Shown one piece after another: positions 1 through 9,645 of a stretch of 64,000 nt of DNA. The notes under the pieces were generated by a model. The model saw nothing but the letters and a program-made list of their open reading frames with translations. It did no database searches and was not told where the DNA came from. The DNA is from an uncultured delta proteobacterium (GTDB lineage Bacteria > Desulfobacterota > Desulfobacteria > Desulfobacterales > JAFDCJ01), in the NCBI GenBank assembly GCA_963769935.1, contig CAVYNY010000007.1, forward strand, positions 1 to 64,000, in the 5' to 3' direction. How positions within the stretch are numbered: the stretch's first letter is position 1; every line of letters starts with the position of its first letter. The position numbers were made by a program, and so were the translations under genes.

Positions 1-196
1 TCTTTAACCTTCCCCCACTTCGTTCGGCAACTAAAGCGGCCATGTGCTCAACACTTAAGGTTGTGGGAGCTCCGATTGGTTCCAGACTCGCGATTGTGAG
101 TTCATAGGTTTTTTCACTTGCCTGCGTTCCGGCAGCGAACAAAGATACCGAGAACAACACTATCAACATACTTGCGATTTCCAATGTTTTTTTCAT
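1..196 (-). CDS. dctP: TRAP transporter substrate-binding protein (DctP family), 5' part only
   Basis: Own translation of the minus strand from ATG 196: MKKTLEIASMLIVLFSVSLFAAGTQASEKTYELTIASLEPIGAPTTLSVEHMAALVAERSGGRLK. Signal peptide plus the typical DctP ERSGGRLK segment, with AGGAG RBS upstream. Runs off the window edge and is not in the ORF track. Confidence 0.8.
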   Translation of the reverse strand, partial: MKKTLEIASMLIVLFSVSLFAAGTQASEKTYELTIASLEPIGAPTTLSVEHMAALVAERSGGRLK

Positions 197-500
197 AACC
201 TTCTCCTTTTTTGAAATTATTCTCATTCGAAGATTCCCCGATGGTATCTTCATATCAGTCATACATGTAATGAACGCTCCGGGTTACTTGGGTTAATCTT
301 CTATAAATGACCGGAATTTGTTCTTTATCCGGTGCATTCAGGCATCTGCGGATCACAGCACTTCCCATCAGTCAAAATTGGATAGTAAAACATACTTCGA
401 GTGAGTTTCCATCACCTTTATTTAAAAAACGTTGTGGTTTGAATTTTTCACATGCAAAACCTGTCGATTTTACGTATAATATTGCGCTGAAGTTATGCCA

Positions 501-519
501 TGATGCTATTATAGCATCA
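501..519. promoter_or_regulatory. Perfect 9-1-9 palindrome, candidate IclR operator overlapping the dctP promoter
   Basis: TGATGCTAT-T-ATAGCATCA. On the minus strand TTGACA (531-526)-N17-TAGCAT (508-503) overlaps it. Confidence 0.5.
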
Positions 520-565
520 ATCACATGTCAATCATTATTTTTTGTTTCCGAAAGAAAGGAAAAAC

Positions 566-1252
566 ATGGCACCAGCACAACCGAATTACAGTATTCTCAG
601 AGGCTTTCTCATTCTTCAGGAAGTTATTGTGGCAGGTCGTCCATTGGGAAGTCGCGAGATTTCGCGGATAGTGAACATCGAACACAGTACCACCAATCGG
701 ATTTTGAAAACCCTGGTTGAAACAGGCATGCTTCAGCAGAACTCTGAAAGCAAATACATGTCCGGACCACGTATTCATGTGTTGTCCGCCCTCAGTTTGA
801 ATGCTTCAAGATTGATACCTTCCACCTTACCAGTATTGGAAACTTTCCACGCAAATGGTGCTCTTGTCGCACTTGGCACCTTATGGAGGGAAATGGTCGT
901 CTATCTACTTCATGCGCGTGCCGACCAAGATATCGCTCAAAGCGCAGGGGTCCATGAAAGTTTTCCTGCAAATAAATCGGTTATCGGTCGGGTGCTCGCT
1001 CCCGGAGGTCCCAGAAGCACCTATGAGGACAGACCGTTGTTGCAGGAAAGGGCATGGGGTGCGCGCATAGGGGATAGGGAGAATATCGGGATCGCTGTTG
1101 TCCTTCCCTTCAATCATTCACAAGGTGATCCTCCGGAGCATATGTTGCACCTCGTGGAGGAGGCTGCCGAGCGGATCCTGCAAAATCTTAAACATAGTGT
1201 AGGGATTCCCCTGCGGGAGGATGAGCGACTGAAGGGCATTTATATGGGATGA
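566..1252 (+). CDS. IclR-family transcriptional regulator
   Basis: N-terminal HTH (SILRGFLIL...LGSREISR...STTNRILKTL). ATG 566 follows AAGGA. Divergent from dctP. Confidence 0.8.
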   Translation: MAPAQPNYSILRGFLILQEVIVAGRPLGSREISRIVNIEHSTTNRILKTLVETGMLQQNSESKYMSGPRIHVLSALSLNASRLIPSTLPVLETFHANGALVALGTLWREMVVYLLHARADQDIAQSAGVHESFPANKSVIGRVLAPGGPRSTYEDRPLLQERAWGARIGDRENIGIAVVLPFNHSQGDPPEHMLHLVEEAAERILQNLKHSVGIPLREDERLKGIYMG

Positions 1253-1761
1253 GAATCCAGATTGAAATCTCCGGTTCGGCAATCAACCAGAGGGAGTGTT
1301 GCTTTTTTATTTTCATTTTCCCAGAGCGAGAACGATTCTTTAATTTGTAAAAGTTTCCGATGGATTAATTCGAGAATTGAAAGATAAGTTGTTTTGTATT
1401 TTGAAGTGGCATCTTTAAGGTTTTTTGCACCGATAGCTCCAAATCTCCAGACGGCTTTTAATTCCCTTAAACGGCTTTTAACGGTCCGAAAAAGGTAATA
1501 AAATCAGGCGGAATACGCTGTAGTTCGGCCTCTCACGTCGGAGACTCGGATTGGTTTCGGTTGTTCTTTCCATTTCAAAAAAGTCTGTCAATATTTGTGA
1601 TGGACTTTTTTTGTTAGCCTGATATGAAAAATTTTCACTCAAAGATAAGGCCATGGAATATTGATATTTTCTTGACAAAAACGATTAAATAACGGAAACT
1701 TGATTCCAAATCAGTGCTCCGAATTTGAAAATAATGACCTTCAACTTACAGGAGCCTTTCC

Positions 1762-2050
1762 GTGACCCTCACAAAATCCCAAATCATCGACCCCATCCCG
1801 GAACAAAACGGATTCACCCGACAAAAATCATCAGAATCCAAAGAAACACTCTTGAAATTAATCAAATCAGCCCTCACATCCGGTGAGGATGTCCTAATAA
1901 GCGGATTCGGCAAATTTTGTGTCAAGGAAAAACGGGAGCGGAGGGAACGGAATCAGGCAACCGGATAGGATATGATGCTGGCACTGAGAAGGGTGGTAAG
2001 GTTTCGGTGTTTCGAGGAATTTGAGGGAAAGGGTGAATGTGGAGAAATAA
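1762..2050 (+). pseudogene. Integration host factor alpha/HU-family pseudogene
   Basis: MTLTK...GEDVLISGFGKFCVKEKRER..RNQATG, then in-frame TAG at 1966-1968 where E is expected, continuing DMMLALRRVVRFRC. A further frameshift near 2011 restores SRNLRERVNVEK-TAA(2050). The conserved intercalating Pro (RNP) is mutated to Q. Confidence 0.8.
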
Positions 2051-2164
2051 AGTTTAATCTTCTAATCTCCATAATTCGGTTTAGAAAAGGAACCGACAAG
2101 TTCTCAAAGCTTATCAACATGACGGTGACAATGACGGTGACAGAAAATCAAAAAGGAGTTTGCA

Positions 2165-2665
2165 ATGAAACGGATCGACTATATGGCAGCAGCACAACAG
2201 GCAGTGACTCAGATCAAAAACGGAGCATTTCTGACAGTAAAATCCGGTGAGGCCATCAATACCATGACCATAGGCTGGGCGACCATAGGTTATGTCTGGA
2301 GAAAACCCATCATGATGGTCGCCGTGCGGATCACCCGGCACACTTTCAGCATCATTGAAACGGCTGGAGATTTCACCGTTTCGATCCCCTCGTCGGATAT
2401 GAAAAAGGAAATAATGTTCTGCGGCACAAAGTCTGGGCGCGACTACAACAAATTCAAAGAGTGCAATCTCCAGACGTCAGACAGCCAGAAAGCTATCACA
2501 CCGATCATCAAAGTGCCAGGGCTTCACTACGAATGCAAAATCGTTTATAAATCTGCTATGAATCCGGCAGACCTAAATAAAGACTATGACGCCGCACTCT
2601 ATCCGGAAAAAGATTACCACACATTGTATTTTGGTGAAATAGTTGATTGTTACGAAATCGATTAA
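2165..2665 (+). CDS. Flavin reductase-like FMN-binding protein
   Basis: NTMTIGW, R.T.., FCGTKSGRD..KF and HTLYFGEIV motifs. AGGAG RBS. Confidence 0.85.
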   Translation: MKRIDYMAAAQQAVTQIKNGAFLTVKSGEAINTMTIGWATIGYVWRKPIMMVAVRITRHTFSIIETAGDFTVSIPSSDMKKEIMFCGTKSGRDYNKFKECNLQTSDSQKAITPIIKVPGLHYECKIVYKSAMNPADLNKDYDAALYPEKDYHTLYFGEIVDCYEID

Positions 2666-2939
2666 AGTCCGGTGGGTTGCGCATTGGAACAAATAACGTA
2701 TTGGATAAATTCGTATCTACCCGGTTTCCTATTACAGTATCAGGATATTATCATATTTTTCTGACATTTTGTCCCAGAAACCATCACTCCAATCCATAAC
2801 CACAGCAGCTTTCCAGTCATCCGGGATATCATAATACAGGTTGATCATCGTAACACTTTGGTCACTGAATTAACGAATCGGGGATACGCCGCAAAACTTG
2901 CTGGCGGATGAAAATGTTCGGCTAAAGGGATTTTAATTG

Positions 2940-3116
2940 ATGACCTATAACTTTGATCCAGAGCGGTGGTATGAAAACGAATATGCGGCGCTTGAGGCTC
3001 TGCATAAGAAGGGGGCTTTAACCGGCGATGAGTTTGAAAAAGCCTGCTCTGATCTCCTGGATCGCTATGAGGAGATGGTATCCCGTTTGGATGGTACTTA
3101 TCAACTGCCAGAATGA
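2940..3116 (+). CDS. Small hypothetical protein (58 aa)
   Basis: Own translation: MTYNFDPERWYENEYAALEALHKKGALTGDEFEKACSDLLDRYEEMVSRLDGTYQLPE. Protein-like helical composition, AAGGGA upstream, same strand as neighbours, below the track's length cut-off. Confidence 0.6.
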   Translation: MTYNFDPERWYENEYAALEALHKKGALTGDEFEKACSDLLDRYEEMVSRLDGTYQLPE

Positions 3117-3172
3117 ATTGCCTTAAACCATTCAATTCTGAAATCATAAATCATTAATTGGAGGTGGATAGC

Positions 3173-4255
3173 ATGGAAGATCAGGCTTATCAGGAACTCT
3201 GCAAAAAATTAGCCAAGAGGGGTGGCCGCTTTCCAGGGATGGATATTCCAGAATTTTACGATCTAATCAAGGAGCTGTTTACCCCGGAGGAAGCTACAGT
3301 TTTTAACGCTATTCCAAAAGACTATCATCCAGCCAGTACCATCGCAGCCAATCTGGGAAAAAGCGAGCAGGAGGTCTCGAAAATATTAGAAGCAATGGCA
3401 GATAAAGGCCTTGTCCTTGCTGGGGGATTTGATGGTACATTTTTCTACGGTATTACACCGTTGGACAATATCCTTGATTTTCAATTTATGCGCGGCACCA
3501 ACACAGACAGGGATAAGAAAATAGCTAAACTCCATCATGTTTACAAAAAAGCGGTCGATGCAGCCAATGGTCCACCGATAGTAAAATTTCCAACCACTCG
3601 CGTTATCCCTATTAATCGAAAAATCAAAGCTGACAACACGGTACATACCTATCAGCAAGTCGCCGCCTATATTGAGAAATACGACCCCTTAGCTGTGAGC
3701 ACCTGTTATTGCAGACAAGAGGCAAAACTGGTCGATGAAAATGATATTTGCAAGAAGCCGTTTGAAACATGCATGACATTTGGTTTAGCAGCTCAATTTA
3801 TCATCGATAGGGGTATAGGACGTAAAATTTCAAAAGAGGAAGCGACAGGGATTCTGAAACAAAGTGAAGAAGCAGGATTAGTCCATTGCAGTCTTAACCG
3901 CCAGGAAATTGATTTTCTGTGCAACTGTTGCAGATGTCATTGCATAATTCTGGATACCGCACTTTCTCAGCCTAAACCCGGCTTGATCTTGAATTCCGGC
4001 TTTTATCCGACATGGAATCCGGAGCTGTGCGAAGCATGTAATACTTGTATTGAAAACTGTCCGACATCGGCATTAGTAATGGGTGGCGACAATATACCGA
4101 TTGTAAATTTGGATCTTTGTATTGGCTGCGGTGTCTGCGCCACGGGATGTCCTGAGGAGGCTATCGATTTGGTTGAAAGAGAGGGAATCCTTACGCCTCC
4201 GGTTGATCAAAAAGCTTTGGCTGAGGCTGTTAAGGAGGCGGATCAAGTCGGATAA
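3173..4255 (+). CDS. 4Fe-4S dicluster-domain protein with N-terminal HTH-like region
   Basis: CYCR, FLCNCCRCHC, CEACNTCIENCP and CIGCGVCATGCP motifs. GGAGG RBS precedes ATG 3173. Confidence 0.85.
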   Translation: MEDQAYQELCKKLAKRGGRFPGMDIPEFYDLIKELFTPEEATVFNAIPKDYHPASTIAANLGKSEQEVSKILEAMADKGLVLAGGFDGTFFYGITPLDNILDFQFMRGTNTDRDKKIAKLHHVYKKAVDAANGPPIVKFPTTRVIPINRKIKADNTVHTYQQVAAYIEKYDPLAVSTCYCRQEAKLVDENDICKKPFETCMTFGLAAQFIIDRGIGRKISKEEATGILKQSEEAGLVHCSLNRQEIDFLCNCCRCHCIILDTALSQPKPGLILNSGFYPTWNPELCEACNTCIENCPTSALVMGGDNIPIVNLDLCIGCGVCATGCPEEAIDLVEREGILTPPVDQKALAEAVKEADQVG

Positions 4256-4328
4256 ATACAACTTAATAGCGTACAGGCAGCTTTATCCATAATAAATTTC
4301 AAGAAATCAGGCTGAAAGGAAAATCGGA

Positions 4329-4595
4329 ATGACACTGAAACAGGATCTGAAGGCGATGCAAAAGGAATTCAAGGAACTGGGCAAAAAAGTGGAAAAGTTG
4401 ACGAAGGCGGTTGAAAAAGCTGAAATGACACAAGCCAAGGCGGCTAAAGCCAAAACAGTGAAAAAAGGACCTGCCAAAAAGAAGGCTCCAGCAAAGAAAG
4501 CTCCTGCCAAAAAGAAAGCTGCTGCTGGCAAAACCAAGACAATAAAGGCAAAAAAAACGGCGACGAGGAAGAAGGTGACAAAGAAAAAGAAATGA
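4329..4595 (+). CDS. Lys/Ala-rich histone H1-like small protein
   Basis: N-terminal coiled coil followed by PAKKKAPAKKAPAKKK repeats. Confidence 0.65.
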   Translation: MTLKQDLKAMQKEFKELGKKVEKLTKAVEKAEMTQAKAAKAKTVKKGPAKKKAPAKKAPAKKKAAAGKTKTIKAKKTATRKKVTKKKK

Positions 4596-4635
4596 TGGCT
4601 TGTATCCTTATGCGTCAGATAAAATTATATGGATT

Positions 4636-5073
4636 ATGAAAAAGATAACCAAAGATGATTTAATACCAGGAGATCATATTTATGTGAGAAGAGGCGGATT
4701 GATTTATTCTCATCACGGAATATACGCTGGAGAAGGAACCGTCTTCCATTTTAAAGGAGAAGAGAAGGAGAAACAGGACCCAGTGATCATATTGACCGAA
4801 ATAGAAAGTTTTCTTAATGATGGAAAGTTGAGAAGGCGCAATTACCAGGAACGTTTACCGCATTCTGAATCTCTGAGAACTGCCCAAAGACATCTTTCAG
4901 AAAAAGGGTATTCTCTCCCGTTTAACAATTGCGAACATTTTGCCACATATTGTGCCACAGGAAAAAAGAAAAGTAAGCAAGTTCGAAGGGCAATCGGTAG
5001 CATTTTCACGATTACGCTTGTTGCAACTGGCTCTTTTATCCTTAAAGCGATGACAAGGAAAAAGGAGGATTAA
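4636..5073 (+). CDS. LRAT (lecithin retinol acyltransferase)/NC-domain protein
   Basis: PGDHI, YSHHGIY and YSLPFNNCEHFATYC motifs. C-terminal hydrophobic helix. Confidence 0.85.
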   Translation: MKKITKDDLIPGDHIYVRRGGLIYSHHGIYAGEGTVFHFKGEEKEKQDPVIILTEIESFLNDGKLRRRNYQERLPHSESLRTAQRHLSEKGYSLPFNNCEHFATYCATGKKKSKQVRRAIGSIFTITLVATGSFILKAMTRKKED

Positions 5074-5108
5074 TTTAAATCCAAGAAGAGCCATACAGGA
5101 GAAATATT

Positions 5109-5897
5109 ATGAAAATAGCTAAAGATGATTACGATGATCTCAGGTATGCTAAAAGTCTACTCGAAAACCCGAGCTTGGCAGCCAGAATTTCTAACCTATT
5201 GGGAACCCCTATAGAGAAAGGTTTCGAGTACCTGCCTGAAAAATGGAAGGGCGTTGTCCAAAGGGCCACAAAAGAGTCACTTGAAAAAGCGCTAAATTTT
5301 GCAATTCAAACAATGCATGATAGAGCAAGCATAGCTTCTTCGGACAAGACTCATAAAATTCTCGTGTTCGCAACAGGAGCCGGGGGCGGAACTTTTGGAC
5401 TTCCAGCATTAACAATCGAACTACCTGTGACCACAACCATTATGCTCCGCTCCATAGCAGACATAGCACGAAGTGAAGGCGAACAGATTAGATTATTGGA
5501 AACAAAAATCGCCTGTTTAGAAGTATTCGCTTTGGGTAGTCCATCAAAAAGTGATGACGGAACGGAAACTGGTTATTTTGCTGTTAGAGCTGGTTTAGCT
5601 CATGCCATCTCTAATGCGACAAAATATATTGCGGAAAGAGGTCTGACAAGGGAAGGCGCACCAGTACTGGTTAAATTCATTGCAGCTTTGGCATCTCGCT
5701 TCGGAATAATCGTGTCGGAGAAGGTGGCAGCCCAAGCTATTCCATTGGTTGGAGCCGCTGGTGGTGCATTGATCAACACGATTTTTATAGATCATTTTCA
5801 AAATATGGCTCGTGGTCATTTTATTATACGTAGGCTCGAAAGACTCTACGACAAAGATTTAATTCGGCAGGAATATGATAAGTTATCCAAACTTTAA
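5109..5897 (+). CDS. EcsC family protein
   Basis: ELPVTTTIMLRSIADIARSEG and AQAIPLVGAAGGALIN...ARGHF motifs. Confidence 0.85.
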   Translation: MKIAKDDYDDLRYAKSLLENPSLAARISNLLGTPIEKGFEYLPEKWKGVVQRATKESLEKALNFAIQTMHDRASIASSDKTHKILVFATGAGGGTFGLPALTIELPVTTTIMLRSIADIARSEGEQIRLLETKIACLEVFALGSPSKSDDGTETGYFAVRAGLAHAISNATKYIAERGLTREGAPVLVKFIAALASRFGIIVSEKVAAQAIPLVGAAGGALINTIFIDHFQNMARGHFIIRRLERLYDKDLIRQEYDKLSKL

Positions 5898-6039
5898 TAA
5901 ATCGACTGTCGGTTGCCAAATCATTTCAGATTGTGTCGGACATACATCAAGGCATCATTATCCTGGCGGTGAGGATCGCTACTGGTGGGTGGGAAAAGGA
6001 AAATATCGATTATTCGATCAAGAAAAAGATAATACTTGA

Positions 6040-6447
6040 TTGGTTTTTATACCAGCTATTGGTTCAGTCTCCATATCAGTGAGTTCACCAGAATCAAATA
6101 TATCGAAAAAGCTCGCCGCTCTTAAAAAATCCAAATTCAGATCCAAGTTCAAGTTCACCCGAAAAGACCGGGATTACATCACCTCCAAAGGTCTTGAAAC
6201 CATCAAAGAGCACGCCTATCAATTTATAAATTCCAGGGTAGCGGCCTCTTTTCCAAAAAATGATGGCAAACAAACACCGATGAGAGGGCATCCGGTCTTC
6301 ATCGCTCAGCACGCAACCGCCACCTGTTGTCGAGGATGTATTCAAAAATGGCACGGAATCGAAAAGGGCAGGGCATTGAATGAGATGGAAGTTGATTTTT
6401 TGGTGGCGTTGATTATGGAATGGATTGGGGGGCAGTTGGATGAGTAA
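6040..6447 (+). CDS. DUF4186 family protein (start uncertain)
   Basis: SKFRSKF...NDGKQTPMRGHPVFIAQHATATCCRGC..KWH signature. Confidence 0.85.
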   Translation: MVFIPAIGSVSISVSSPESNISKKLAALKKSKFRSKFKFTRKDRDYITSKGLETIKEHAYQFINSRVAASFPKNDGKQTPMRGHPVFIAQHATATCCRGCIQKWHGIEKGRALNEMEVDFLVALIMEWIGGQLDE

Positions 6448-6601
6448 GAGATTGATTAAAAATGATAGAACCGTTTCATCTATCCCAGATAATCAATTTT
6501 ACGCAGCTTACTGCATATTTTGAAAAATAATTTACCTGGAGTTACCTCAAATTATATTATCTTTGGGGGGAATAATATGGGGAATTAATAGTTTTGGAAA
6601 C

Positions 6602-6637
6602 AACAAAGGCTTAAATATTTAAATTTAAGCCTTTGTT
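6602..6637. terminator. Hairpin immediately 3' of tRNA-Arg (terminator or att-associated)
   Basis: AACAAAGGCTTAAAT-ATTTAA-ATTTAAGCCTTTGTT inverted repeat. Confidence 0.6.
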
Positions 6638-6644
6638 ATTATTA

Positions 6645-6720
6645 TGGTACGCCCGGTCCGATTCGAACGGACGACTTTCAGCTCCGGAGGCTGACGCTCT
6701 ATCCCCTGAGCTACGGGCGC
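6645..6720 (-). tRNA. tRNA-Arg(CCG)
   Basis: Reverse complement GCGCCCGTAGCTCAGGGGATAGAGCGTCAGCCT-CCG-GAGCTGAAAGTCGTCCGTTCGAATCGGACCGGGCGTACCA. Cloverleaf, 76 nt, CCA encoded. Confidence 0.97.
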
Positions 6721-6729
6721 CTGAAAAAG

Positions 6730-6850
6730 CAGATTTCAGAATTCAGAAAACAAAAGACAGGGGGGACTCTAATTCAAATGCGGAATCAAGTCAAGTTGAA
6801 ATCGGTTTCAAGGTTCCATGGTTCAATATTCAGGGTTCAAAGGTTCGGCG
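6730..6850. repeat. Degenerate heptamer arrays (CAGAAxx; GGTTCAx)
   Basis: CAGATTT CAGAATT CAGAAAA CAAAAGA at 6730-6757, and TTC recurring every 7-8 nt at 6807-6846. Confidence 0.45.
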
Positions 6851-6950
6851 GCACAAGAAATTACCGTTTGTCTGAACTCCGGACTGGGCGCTGAAGTCTT
6901 GGTAAAACGCCTAAGACTCGGCGTTTTCCCACTCGCGGGCCCACCGGCAG

Positions 6951-8270
6951 CTAGATATGCATTGCCGTACTTGATGATATGCGTCCGTGGAGTAGACCTT
7001 TATCCAGAGCCTCCTTGGCTTCCCCGACAACATATAGAGAGCCGGCGATACAGATAGCCCCCTGCGGCGGATTGGTATCGACGGCATATTTCACCGCTCC
7101 GGCGACATCGGGAACAATCGTGGTTTCAATATTGTAATTTTGGGCGGCTTCCATCAATTTCTGTGGATTCAACGCCCGATCGATTTTAGCCCGGGTTAAA
7201 ATCACCCGGCTGGACAGCGGCAGAAGACTTTTTAACATCGCCTTATACGGCTTGTCATCCAAAATCCCGATCACCAGCGTAAGGGCGAGTCCGGCCAGAT
7301 TGGTTGCCAGAAAGCGGGCCAGGTTGTCTGCGGCCGCCCGGTTATGGGCGCCGTCTAAAATGATGAGCGGTTCCTTGGATACGGTTTCCAGCCGCCCGGG
7401 CCAATAATTTGTGCTCAGACCTTTTCGGATGTCATCCGGGTCCAGGTCGGCTTTTTTCTCATTGAGCAGTTCACAGGCCGCCAGCACCAGGGCCGCGTTG
7501 TCCGCCTGGTGGCTGCCTCGCAGGGCTGTCTGAAGATTGTGCCAGTCATTGGAAAGACCGTAATAAGAAAAGGTACCGGACGGATGCCGCCGGATTTTAA
7601 AATCGCGCCCCAACCGATAGAGCGGGGCATTTTTTTCGGCGGCTGTCTTTTCGACCACCTGGCCGGCTTTCTTCTGACGGATAGCCGTGACTACGGGTTT
7701 ACGCGGTTTAATGATACCTGCTTTTTCGCCGGCAATAAGGCTTAGGGTGTTTCCCAGATACGCTTGATGTTCAAGCGAAACATTTGTGATGATGGACAGC
7801 TCAGGGGTGATAACGTTGGTTGCATCAAGCCGACCGCCCATGCCGGTTTCAATCACCGCCCAGTCCACCTGCCGGCAGCCGAATTCATAAAGGGCCATGG
7901 CGGTCGTGAATTCGAAAAAGGTAGGCTCGCGCCGGCCGTGGTGCACGTCTGTAACGGCGTTGTAAGCAGCGACCACACGCGCGTTTGTGATAGGTCGATT
8001 GTTTATCTGGATCCTTTCATTGAAGCTTACCAGATGCGGTGAGGTGTAAAGCCCCGTGGTATAGCCGGACCGGAACAGGATCGAAGCCAGCGAAGACGCC
8101 ACCGAGCCTTTCCCATTGGTACCGGCCACATGGATGCAGGCAAATTGTTTGTGGGGGTTGCCCAGACCCTTTAAAATGTTTCTGATGGTCGCAAGACCCA
8201 GCTTGATGCCGAATCTTCGAAACCCATACATGGTTTTCAGGCAGTTCTGGTAGGAATTTTCACGTCTCAT
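6951..8270 (-). CDS. folC: Bifunctional folylpolyglutamate synthase/dihydrofolate synthase
   Basis: IHVAGTNGKGS, YTSPHL, ETGMGGRLDATN, WPGRLE, LDGAHN and GSLYVVG motifs. Confidence 0.95.
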   Translation of the reverse strand: MRRENSYQNCLKTMYGFRRFGIKLGLATIRNILKGLGNPHKQFACIHVAGTNGKGSVASSLASILFRSGYTTGLYTSPHLVSFNERIQINNRPITNARVVAAYNAVTDVHHGRREPTFFEFTTAMALYEFGCRQVDWAVIETGMGGRLDATNVITPELSIITNVSLEHQAYLGNTLSLIAGEKAGIIKPRKPVVTAIRQKKAGQVVEKTAAEKNAPLYRLGRDFKIRRHPSGTFSYYGLSNDWHNLQTALRGSHQADNAALVLAACELLNEKKADLDPDDIRKGLSTNYWPGRLETVSKEPLIILDGAHNRAAADNLARFLATNLAGLALTLVIGILDDKPYKAMLKSLLPLSSRVILTRAKIDRALNPQKLMEAAQNYNIETTIVPDVAGAVKYAVDTNPPQGAICIAGSLYVVGEAKEALDKGLLHGRISSSTAMHI

Positions 8271-8332
8271 AGGCAAAAAAAACCCGGCCAAGATTATATT
8301 CTCACCGGGTTTGTCCTCTAATGAAAATGGTG

Positions 8333-8539
8333 TTATCTTCTGTTTCTGGCTTTGGCAGCTGCCAATCGTTCCCTTCTTAAAGCTTCGCGCTGTTTGCGAC
8401 GACGAAATTCACTCGGCTTTTCATAGCTCTTTTTCAATTTCAGCCGTTTAAAAAGGCCGTCGTTTTGAATTTTCTTCTTCAAAATGCGCATTGCTTTTTC
8501 GATGTCGTTGTCGATAACCCTGACTTCAATATCCTTCAA
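8333..8539 (-). CDS. rpsU: 30S ribosomal protein S21
   Basis: IEKAMRILKKK...YEKPSE.RRRK. TTG start after GAGG. Confidence 0.9.
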   Translation of the reverse strand: MKDIEVRVIDNDIEKAMRILKKKIQNDGLFKRLKLKKSYEKPSEFRRRKQREALRRERLAAAKARNRR

Positions 8540-8778
8540 ATACCTCGCCCCCTTCTTGCCGTCGATAAACGATGCAATGCATATTATTTCCGACGGTTAG
8601 TAAATTTTTCATTAAATGATACTTACTATCGAATATTCAGACTATAAGCAAGCAAAATTTGATGTCAAATGATTTTTTTACGTTGGACATCGTCACGATA
8701 TTTCTTAAAGTCAATCTCCCCGCGGTGCCGGCTCGAGCTGCAGGGGCTGCCAGAATTACGCGCTGGCCAACAATTTCC

Positions 8779-8807
8779 TTGACACTCCGTGCGCATTCAG
8801 CCATACT
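8779..8807 (+). promoter_or_regulatory. Sigma70-type promoter for adk
   Basis: TTGACA-N17-CATACT. Confidence 0.55.
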
Positions 8808-8867
8808 TCATCGTCAAAAAATCGCCGGAGCTGCAATTCCGGGGAGTAATTCCGCGATTTCAAATAA

Positions 8868-9548
<681 letters not shown>

Positions 9549-9645
9549 ACCGAAAAATCGGTAATTAGGCCGCCTTAAAAGGTCCTGCCGGATCTAACGA
9601 CAGGACCGGCGGCATGTTTTATCCCAACATTGAAAACCGAGTCCT

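Noticed and set aside
1966..1968. In-frame TAG in the IHF-like gene as possible pyrrolysine readthrough
   Set aside because: A downstream frameshift and loss of conserved residues point to decay. No pyl genes are in the window.
2119..2142. Tandem duplication ATGACGGTGACA x2
   Set aside because: A single 12-bp duplication with no other copies seen. Too little to assign a function.
2100..6450. Co-oriented small genes as an integron cassette array
   Set aside because: I could not find repeated RYYYAAC...GTTRRRY attC hairpins between the genes, and there is no intI.
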